Of a DNA stretch of 64,000 nucleotides, positions 47,512 through 57,779 are shown one piece after another. Made by a program: the position numbers and the translations under genes. How positions within the stretch are numbered: the stretch's first letter is position 1; each line of letters begins with the position of its first letter. The notes under the pieces are model-generated. The model ran no database searches. It was not told the DNA's origin and worked only from the letters and a program-made list of their open reading frames with translations. The stretch covers positions 40,137-104,136 of the forward strand of contig NIVC01003324.1 of NCBI GenBank assembly GCA_002269645.1. Reading direction: 5' to 3'. Origin of the DNA: Macrostomum lignano. Lineage: Eukaryota.

Positions 47512-49135
47512 ACACAGTCTGCTCCTACAGAACTGACAGCTGGTGTGGGTGCTGATGCACAGTCTGCTCCTACAGACTAACAGCTGGTGTGGGTGCTGAT
47601 GCACAGTCTGCTCCTACAGAACTGACAGCTGGTGTGGGTGCTGATGCACAGTCTGCTCCTACAGAACTGACAGCTGGTGTGGGTGCTGATGCACAGTCTG
47701 CTCCTACAGAACTGACAGCTGGTGTGGGTGCTGATGCACAGTCTGCTCCTACAGAACTGACAGCTGGTGTGGGTGCTGATGCACAGTCTGCTCCTACAGA
47801 ACTGACAGCTGGTGTGGGTGCTGATGCACAGTCTGCTCCTACAGACTAACAGCTGGTGTGGGTGCTGATGCACAGTCTGCTCCTACAGAACTGACAGCTG
47901 GTGTGGGTGCTGATGCACAGTCTGCTCCTACAGAACTGACAGCTGGTGTGGGTGCTGATGCACAGTCTGCTCCTACAGACTAACAGCTGGTGTGGGTGCT
48001 GATGCACAGTCTGCTCCTACAGAACTGACAGCTGGTGTGGGTGCTGATGCACAGTCTGCTCCTACAGACTAACAGCTGGTGTGGGTGCTGATGCACAGTC
48101 TGCTCCTACAGAACTGACAGCTGGTGTGGGTGCTGATGCACAGTCTGCTCCTACAGAACTGACAGCTGGTGTGGGGCTGATGCACAGTCTACTCCTACAG
48201 AACTGACAGCTGGTGTGGGTGCTGATGCACAGTCTGCTCCTACAGAACTGACAGCTGGTGTGGGTGCTGATGCACAGTCTGCTCCTACAGACTAACAGCT
48301 GGTGTGGGTGCTGATGCACAGTCTGCTCCTACAGAACTGACAGCTGGTGTGGGTGCTGATGCACAGTCTGCTCCTACAGAACTGACAGCTGGTGTGGGTG
48401 CTGATGCACAGTCTGCTCCTACAGAACTGACAGCTGGTGTGGGTGCTGATGCACAGTCTGCTCCTACAGAACTGACAGCTGGTGTGGGTGCTGATGCACA
48501 GTCTGCTCCTACAGAACTGACAGCTGGTGTGGGGCTGATGCACAGTCTGCTCCTACAGAACTGACAGCTGGTGTGGGTGCTGATGCACAGTCTGCTCCTA
48601 CAGAACTGACAGCTGGTGTGGGTGCTGATGCACAGTCTGCTCCTACAGAACTGACAGCTGGTGTGGGTGCTGATGCACAGTCTGCTCCTACAGACTAACA
48701 GCTGGTGTGGGTGCTGATGCACAGTCTGCTCCTACAGAACTGACAGCTGGTGTGGGTGCTGATGCACAGTCTGCTCCTACAGAACTGACAGCTGGTGTGG
48801 GTGCTGATGCACAGTCTGCTCCTACAGAACTGACAGCTGGTGTGGGTGCTGATGCACAGTCTGCTCCTACAGAACTGACAGCTGGTGTGGGTGCTGATGC
48901 ACAGTCTGCTCCTACAGACTAACAGCTGGTGTGGGTGCTGATGCACAGTCTGCTCCTACAGAACTGACAGCTGGTGTGGGTGCTGATGCACAGTCTGCTC
49001 CTACAGAACTGACAGCTGGTGTGGGTGCTGATGCACAGTCTGCTCCTACAGACTGTGGTGTGCTGATGCACAGTCTGCTCCTACAGAACTGACAGCTTGT
49101 GCTTCCGTCTGCTCCTACAGAACTGACAGCTTGTG
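47512..49135. repeat. 45-bp satellite (ACAGTCTGCTCCTACAGAACTGACAGCTGGTGTGGGTGCTGATGC), about 36 copies
   Basis: Tandem units with a recurring 44-bp variant (CAGACTAACAG). Confidence 0.96.
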
Positions 49136-49574
49136 CTGTGGCCAGGGAATTCAACTCTCTGACTTCCTGGCGCTGCCTTATAGCGCAGTCATCATTCGAT
49201 TTTCAACATAATGCATTAATATAATAGTCAAAAAATTCTGCTTGACCTTTGTTAGAATATAGCGAAAAATAAGGAACTCGCATAAACACAGGCAGAAAAA
49301 AATTATTTAATAGCATGATTGATTTATTAACAGCGTAATGTCCATGCCTCTCTATTTGTATAAATAAACTAAACTTTGTGAATGGCAGTGGCATTCAAAG
49401 AACGATGGATTAGAATTAGCGAATAAAATTAAGCCGAAAAACAAATAGCCAGTCCATATTTTTCACTAATTGCGTTTAATTTGAAAATAATGAAAATGAA
49501 GCCTAAAACTCATAGTAAATATAGAAAATCAAAAATCACTCTAAAACTGTGTTTTGATAATTCGTTTTCCAGTT

Positions 49575-52500
49575 TCACAGCTTCGCTTCATCCGGGTCCA
49601 GGTCTACCACAATCTTGCCCAGGCTGCTCTTGGAGTAGAGATGCTGAAGGTTGAATAAGGAAATTAAATTTTCGAATTGGAAACTTTCCTTACACATGAG
49701 ATATAATATCATTCAGCATAAATAACCCCTCTGTTTGTGTCCCAGCAAACCTACCCCTACCCCTCTACCCTCTCCACTACCCCTCTACCCTCTCCCTCTA
49801 CCCTCTCCCCCTCTACCCTCTCTCTCATACCCAGCTCTACCCTCTCTCTCTTACCCCTCTACCCTCTCTCCTACCTCTCTACCCTCGCTCCGGTCTACCC
49901 CTCTACCCTCACTCGCCGACACTCTACCCTCACTCCCCGGCACTCTACCCTCACTCCCTGGCACTCTACCCTCACTCCCCGGCACTCTACCCTCACTCCC
50001 CGGCACGCTACTACCCTCACCCTCCGGCACTCTACCCTTACTCCCCGGCACTCTACCCTTACTCCCCGGCACTCTACCCTTACTCCCCGGCACTCTACCC
50101 TTACTCCCCGGCACTCTACCTTACTCCCCGGCACTCTACCCTCACTCCCCGGCACTCTACCCTCACTACCCCGGCACTCTACCCTCACTTCCCGGCACTC
50201 TACCCTCACTCCCCGGCACTCTACCCTCACTCCCCGGCACTCTACCCTCACTTCGCGGCACTCTACCCTCACTCCCCGGCACTCTACCCTCACTCCCCGG
50301 CACTCTACCCTCACTTCGCGGCACTCTACTCTCACCCCCGGCACTCTACCCTCACTTCCCGGCACTCTACCCTCACTTCGCGGCACTCTACTCTCACCCC
50401 CGGCACTCTACCCTCACTTCGCGGCACTCTACTCTCACCCCCGGCACTCTACCCTCACTTCGCGGCACTCTACCCTCACTTCGCGGCACTCTACCCTCAC
50501 TTCGCGGCCAGTGGTGGGACTGAGAGGCAACCATTTTTTTCGCGCCATTAAAAAATATTCGCGCCGTCCGAAATTTCCTGCCCGTAAGATCGTAAAGCGA
50601 TATTAAAGCCTGTCTGTGCCTACGCTCTACAATCTAGGAATTACTGTTAGAATCTACAGTACGACTCCTGATACAAAAGAGCCGCATGGCCCGCATCCCT
50701 ATAGGCTATAAACTTGTGTACAATACAGATGGTCCGTAGAGGTCGCTTAAAGCGTCAAACTACTGTGCCACTGCCACAGTCCTAGAACATCTTCGGGAAT
50801 GTAGTCTAGTCATTGACCAAGATAGCTATGGTTTTGGATTATTACTATTAACTATGGTGCATACTACTTGATACTATTGTTATGACTCTGGTCTGGTCGG
50901 CTTCAATCCAACCGACTGTCTCCAATGAGATGCTCTGCTCCGTAGGGTTTATTAATTCCCACTCTACTGTTCCCCGAGATGGTCTCTCTGACTGTTGCCC
51001 TACTCTGAGCAGTGGTACATGGCTGATGTCTAAGGCTCACTGGTGTCCGAACTTACCCACTAGGTCTCACTTACTGATCACTGCTATCAATCAAAGAGCG
51101 GTAGTAGCTGCCACCAATTAAGATTGCTAGACACAATTCTTCAAGAGCTGCTCTGTCACAATCCTAATAAAAGTTAATAAATGAATAACCTCTAGAGACA
51201 ATGCAGAGAGGTTTAGGTGTCATAGACACGTTGCAATTCCGTCATTAATACTCTGGTCAATTCTTCTAACGTCGTAGATTGAAGGTCCCTAAGTCCATAG
51301 ATTCCGAATTAGTCAGGCAATCTTCAGGTGAACTTCAGGCATACTTCAGGCCCTTCAAGTGATCTTCAGGCATACTTCAGGCCCTTCAAGTGATCTTCAG
51401 ACTCTTCAGGTTCTTCAGGCTACGAGTTCAGGTGAACTACGGATGACCTTCAGATGTCCGATGTCAGCGACAATCGGGATCTTCAGCTGGATGCTGGCAC
51501 CTCGAGCGGGACCGGACGTAGTACCACAGCGCGGCGGGCCATTGACATGGCCGGCCTGTTAGCAAGCAATAGCGTCTAACTTGGCGCAGAGCGCCGCTGA
51601 AAGGATTCAACAAAGCTTTAAGATCTATGCTAGAAGCCTTCCTCCCGTCTCTACATATGCCTACCTACCTCGTAGTTACCTCCTAGCGAGTCACCACACT
51701 ATATTTTGTGCAAAAAACAGAGCTAGTGGAGTTATATTTATTTTCTGTAGGGAAGCTAAGAATGCAACCGTTCATACATCTTGCTCGATACAAGCCCAGA
51801 GCCACACTTGAAAGAAAATGAAGTTGCAGCATAAACCGCACACACTAAATATAAATCCGCGCCATTCACGCCTCAAAATCCGCGCCATTCACGCCTCAAA
51901 ATCCGCGCCATTCACGCCTCAAAATCCGCGCCATTCACCTCAAAATCCGCGCGCGCCATCTTTACTGAAATCGCGCCAGGCGCGAATTCGCGCCTCAGTC
52001 CCACCACTGTTCGCGGCACTCTACTCTCACCCCCGGCACTCTACCCTTACTCACCTGCACGGCATCCGGCACGGCCTCGAGTCCCTGGAAGCCGCTGCCG
52101 CCAGCCGCCCTGCCCATGTCTACGGCGGCCCGCAGCTGCCCAGCCTCCAGCAGCTTCACCAGCTTGTCAAAGGCCGGTCGAAGTTCGCTAAAAAAGTTAA
52201 ACAAAAAGAACCCCCGCACGCTGGCGGACTTAACCAGCAGCCGGGCGGGCAGGGTGGCCAGGTACTGCGACCTCGGCATGCCCTGGTCGGTCTGGTAGCC
52301 CTGGATGAACCCGATCACAATCAGCCGGCCGTGTGTAGCCAGAGCGTCCACTGCCGTGTCGAACATCTTGCCGCCGACGCCTTCGTACACGACGTTGACG
52401 CCACGCGGGCACTCGCGTTTCAGCACCTCATCGAGCTAAGGAATACAGACGTTTGCGGGTCTGAATTATTCGCAATTTTGTAGCTTTATATTATCAATAC

Positions 52501-55500
52501 ATATTTAATACATACCCTTAATCACACGCCAGCCTCATTATCACCCCTAGACTCACTCTCACCCGTAGACTTACTCTCACCTCTTCCTAGTCTCAGTCTC
52601 ACCCCTAGACTCACTCTCACCCCTAGACTTACTCTCACCTCTTCCTAGTCTCAATCTCACCTCTTCCTAGTCTCACCCTCACCTCTTCTAGTCTCACTCT
52701 CACCTCTCCCTAGACTCACTTACACCTCCAGAGTGACCGCGGTCAGGGAAAGTCAGGGAAAGTCAGGGAAAAAAATGTGGTCTGGAAAGTCAGGGAAATT
52801 CTTAGGAAGTCAGGGAAAATTTGAAAGTAAATTAGAAAATTGAAGAAAAAAATTGTGAGACAAGAAAGAGGCTAATCGATAGCACTAAGTAGCTCGAATA
52901 GTAAATCTGTTTTGTTTGTTCCATGTATTTTTGTTTTTTAAAAGCTGGTATTTGAAATTGGCAGATACTTGTTCTTAAATGAATAATTTATGGGCTTGTA
53001 GGCCTACATATTGCTAATCTATAATTGCTGTGCTAATCACACTGACAGTAAAATATATAGTCCATACTATGATAATATATTAACCAGGCCATTAATAGAA
53101 AGGTGTATATTTTGTTTTAATCACTATTTATTGTTATTCTTTTGTATAAATTTATATAGCATTTAGGTTTATATTAGACTTATAATATTATAGTATAAAT
53201 AAGTTGGTGTAAATACTAAATAGCTTGCTAATGTTACATATATAATTATTTTATTTTTATGTACACCTTACTACTAACTCCTTCCAGTTCCAGCCTTATG
53301 AGTTCCACTAAAAAAAAAACAACTTACTATGACAAGAAGTGGGAAGAGGAATTCTCCTGGGTGACTTCCTACTCGGGCAATCGAAATGCAGCTTACTGCA
53401 AAAGCTGCGAAAAGAAAGTCGAACTTTCCAATATGGGAAAGACGGCCTTAACTTCCCATGCTAAAGGAAAAACTCATCTAAATCGGATGAGTGCCGTTGC
53501 AACAACATCAAGTATCCGAGCATTCTGTATGCCATCGGGCAGCACTACTAGTGGCGGTACTGTTGCTGCAGTTGCTGCTACAAATGACGAAGTAGTAAAA
53601 GGTTTAAAGAACAGTGCTGAGCAAGCTGAGCTACTGTGGGTTTTTTACATGGTAGACGAGCACTTTTCATTTCGCTCAGCAGCTGGAATTACTGATCGAT
53701 TCAAAGCCATGTTTACCGACAGTGCCATTGCAAAGGAAATGTCCCTTGGCTACGACAAAGTCCGATACATAATTAACTTCGGATTGGCACCATTCCTAAA
53801 GGAGCAACTAACAACTATTTTGAATAACCAACGGTTCTTTTCTGTTAGCTTTGACGAGAGTTTAAACAAAATCATGCAGCAATCGCAAATGGACATTCAT
53901 GTTCGTGTCTGGACTGAGGAAGAAGACTCAACTGAGCCTCCAGTAAAGACATTTTACTTCGATTCTCAATTTATTCATTCATGCACTGCAGCCAATCTCT
54001 TGGAGTCTTTCCTAGCATCTTTCAATGGCATCTCTGCCAGCAAGCTATTGCAAGTGGGCATGGATGGACCTAATGTCAACTGGGCCTTTCACAAGCTACT
54101 GGATGCCTATGTTGCTAGTAGTAGTGCTACAGATGCAAAGATCATTCACTGCGGATCCTGCAGTCTACATCGAGTCCACAGAGCATTTAATCAGGGTGTC
54201 TTAGCCAGTGGTTGGGACATTGAAGCTCTTTTGAGCTCCTTGTACTACCTGTTCAAAGATGCGCCTGCACGTCGCAATGACTTCATTGAGGCCACAGGTA
54301 CACGTGTGTTCCCTCTCAAGTTCTGTGCCTGTCGTTGGCTAGAAAATGTCCCTGTTGCTGAGCGTGCACTTGCCATTTGGCCCGACTTATGTACCTATGT
54401 ACAAACTGCTTCACAGAATAAGGCAATGAAAGCACAAGTCAGTGGCAACCGCCACTTTGAGCTCCTGCAGTCTTGCACGAAAAGGCCATTGCAAGCGGCA
54501 AGGTTTGCATTTTTTTATTTATTGCCAAGCCTTTCAACGACTTTTTGACAGAATTTCAAACTGAGTCACCAATTCTGCCCTTCATGGCAGACCGAGTGCA
54601 TGCACTGTTTGTAGGCCTGCTTCATACAGTCTTGAAGCCTCCCGCTCTGAAGCTGTTGTCAACTGTATCACAGTTTGCTATTCACCAAGCTGGTGTCTTC
54701 GAGGACGAGGCCAATTTTCTGCCTGCTGATTTAACTAATGTTGGTACAGCTGCCCAGGCACTCCTGCAGAAGTCTGGTGTCAGCGAGCTCCAGATTCTTG
54801 GCTTTCGAAAGGATGTCAAGTCATTTGTTACCGCTACAGCAAAGCATCTTCTGAAGAGATGCGTACTAAACTATCCATTTGTTCGTGGATCTCGTTGCTT
54901 GCAGCCTTCTGTGCTGGTGGCAGAATTGGATAGTGACCCACCATCCTCATCACCGGCTCAAGCGGATTTTGATGCGCTTGTCCTGGAAGCCTACACTAAG
55001 GGACGCATCACTGCACAGGAAGCTGACGCTGCAAAGTCCGAGTTCACCCAGTTTCGAACTGTTACAGTTCGTGAGCATCGATTTCAGCTGTCTCAATTCG
55101 ACTATAAGTCAGACCGACTTGATGTCCTCTTTGCTTCCCTCTTCACTGATTCAACGAGTACCAATAATTTGCAGATCATTGTGAAGATGGTTCTGACAAC
55201 CTTCCATGGGAATGCTGCTGTTGAGCGCGGCTTCAGTGTCAACAAAGAGTGCCTAGAACCAAATCTTCAGGGATTGAACATTCGTTCTCTCCGACTTGTG
55301 TACGAGTGGCAAAAGGGAAAGACTGCCGCTGAAATCATCGCGAAAGTTACCGAGGAGATGTTGAAGAGTGTGAGAAGTGCCAGGAGTAGGTACAGGGCCA
55401 TGTTGGAGCAGCAGCGAGCAGAAGCGTCTCATCGGAAATACGAGGAATCAAGGAAAAGGAAGGATGCAACGGTGCTGGAGCTCGAAAGAAGCTCCTGCTT

Positions 55501-57596
55501 GATGTTGCAGTTCTCACCAAAGATGCGGATAGCCTCGTGTACCAATGTGAGACGGATTCAAACATGAGCCTACTCATGAAGTCAAATGCACTGCGTCGTG
55601 CTGCACAACAGAAAAAGGAAGAAGTGGAGAAGGTAGAGAAAGAGATTGTAGCACTTGAAGGTACGATTCCTCATTGAACTCAATTTTAACTACAGTGCTA
55701 CATCTCTTAACTTTGTTTTACTGTGTGCCACATACAATAAAAGTTAGTACTTGATATTTTTCATGCGATTTTTTATCAAACACTACGTTTTTTGTGGTCA
55801 GTTTCCGGTGCATTAATTTTTCATTATAATTCAAACAAATTGCCAATACATGCGCTGTTTCAACTTCAATTCAAATTAAATAAATTTCAACATTGCTGAC
55901 TTTTTAATGCGCAACAGTTTGTTGCAATAAAATTATTGTGCACAACTATCACTGAGCTTCTTCTATTACTTTTAGTGTGTCAGGGAAAATTTAGTTTAGT
56001 CAGGGAAAAAAGTTACTGGAGCGCGGTCACCCTGACCTCTCCCTAGTCTCACTCTCACCTCTCCCTAGACTCACTCTCACTCCTAGACTTACTCTCACCT
56101 CTTCCTAGTCTCACTCTCACCTCTTCCTAGTCTCATTCTCACCTCTTCCTATACTCACTCTCACCTCTTAATAGTCTCACCCTCACCTCTTCCTAGTCTC
56201 ACTCTCATCCTCCAGTCTCACTCTCACCCCTAGACTCACTCACACCTCTTCCTAGTCACACTCTCACCTCTTCCTAGTCTCACTCTCACCTCTCCGTAGA
56301 CTCACTCTCAACTCTTCCAAGAGTCACTCTCACCTCCCCCTAGTCTCACTTTCACATCTCCCAAGTCTCACTTTCACATCTCCCAAGTCTCACCCTCACC
56401 CCTAGTCTCACTCTAACCCTCTCAAGTCCTGACACCAGGAGCACCATAGGCTACCCCAGATCTCCAACCAACCTAACCGTCCCCACCTTCTCCTTCGTGT
56501 AGTCTATGGGCCGATCGCAGCCCAGCGCGGTGAGTAGGCGAGCCTTGGCCTCGCCCGAGCAGGTGCCCAGCACCCGGCAGCCCCGCAGCTTGGCCAGCTG
56601 CACAGCGAACTGCCCGGTGCCCCCGGCCGCGCCGGTGACCAGCACGGTCTCGCCGGCGCTTGGCTGGCCGACTTTCTCCAACGCCAGCTCGGCAGTGAGG
56701 CCGCTGACCAGCAGGCTGACAAACTCCGGCCTGATCGATGGCACGGGGAACACGGAGCCAGCCGACAAGCACTGGTACTCGGAGAACGACCCGTCAGCCA
56801 GGTAGGCCACAGGCTGGCCGACTTTCAGTCCGTCGCCAACGCCCGGGCCCACCTGTACAACGCGGCCGACGCCTTCGAAGCCAAGCAGGATTGGCGGCTT
56901 GCTGGCGTGCTTGTAGCGGCCGGCCGTGAAGTTGATGTCGGATGCGTTCACGCCGGCGTATCTTGCGGGAGGTGAATCCGGGATACGGTGAATCAGGGAG
57001 TGAGGGTGAATCCAAGAGGGATGGAGGGTGAATCAGGGAGGGATGGTAAATCAGGGAGTGAGTGATGGTGAATCAGGGAGTGATGGTGAATCAGGGAGGG
57101 ATGGTGAATCAGGGAGTGATGGTGAATCAGGGAGTGAGTGAGGGTGAATAAGGGAGGGATGGTGAATCAGGGAGTGAGGGAGGGTGAATCAGGGAGTGAG
57201 GGAGGGTGAATCAGGGAGGGAGGGTGAGTCAGGGAGGGATGGTGAATCAGGGAGGGATGGTGAATCAGGGAGGGATGGTGAATCAGGGAGGGATGGTGAA
57301 TCAGGGAGGGATGTCAGGGAGGGATGGTGAATCAGGGAGGGATGGTGAATCAGGGAGGGAGGGTGAATCAGGGAGGGAGGGTGAATCAGGGAGAGGCTGA
57401 ATTAGCATGGGTGAATAATGAAGAGAAGGTGAATGCTGGAGCAGGGAGGCGAAGCAACTCACTTAGTCTTAATGAGAACCTGGCCAGCAGTCGGTGGCTT
57501 CAGCTCACAGTTGATGATTTCAACTGCCTCGCGGAAATTGTGCGTCAGTTTAGTCGCCACGAGCCGGCGAAAAGTGTTGGGCAGAGCGGAGGCCAT
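49575..57596 (-). CDS. PTGR3: Prostaglandin reductase 3 / ZADH2 (MDR quinone-oxidoreductase family); exons 57596-57463, 56961-56487, 52435-52055, 49643-49575 (352 aa), PTS1 -AKL
   Basis: In-frame GT-AG splicing (1059 nt). Motifs: KLTHNFREAV, YAGVNASDINFTAGRY, GFEGVG, SGLTA.LALEK, VTGAAGGTGQFAVQLAK, VYEGVGG.MFD, GRLIVIGFI.GY, GFFL, GKIVV. Confidence 0.92.
49745..50508. repeat. 21-bp minisatellite (GGCACTCTACCCTCACTCCCC) in PTGR3 intron 3; resumes at 52010-52050
   Basis: Tandem units interrupted by a hAT MITE. Confidence 0.92.
50509..52009. mobile_element. Non-autonomous hAT element (1.5 kb)
   Basis: 16-bp perfect TIR CAGTGGTGGGACTGAG (50509-24 / 51994-52009), 8-bp TSD TTCGCGGC (50501-08 / 52010-17), subterminal AAATCCGCGCCATTCACGCCTCA repeats. 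No transposase recognised. Confidence 0.88.
52545..56425. repeat. About 22-bp CT-rich minisatellite (CTCACCTCTTCCTAGTCTCACT) in PTGR3 intron 2, split by a hAT insertion (52545-52728 and 56035-56425)
   Basis: The same unit lies on both sides of the transposon. Confidence 0.88.
52729..56034 (+). mobile_element. hAT-superfamily DNA transposon with near-complete transposase (about 53298-55677, two single-base frameshifts near 54512 and 55483)
   Basis: 13-bp TIR CAG(A/G)GTGACCGCG, subterminal GTCAGGGAA repeats, flanking 5-bp direct repeat ACCTC. N-terminal C2H2 finger, FDES, MDGPNVN, CSLH, RWLEN and AVERGFS hAT motifs. Confidence 0.9.
56975..57390. repeat. 19-bp minisatellite (GGGATGGTGAATCAGGGAG) in PTGR3 intron 1
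   Basis: Tandem variant units running into the splice acceptor. Confidence 0.92.
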
Positions 57597-57779
57597 GGCC
57601 GATCTGGCGTCATGCAAGATAATTGAGTTTTATAATAAATGCTTGATTATGTTTGGATTTGGAGTTTGGATTTGGAGTGTTCATAATTTGGAAGTTTTAA
57701 AAATCGGGAATTTTATGGATTACGAAATATAGATATTTTGGAAGTTTATGAGTTGGGAAATTTTATGTATTGGGAATTT

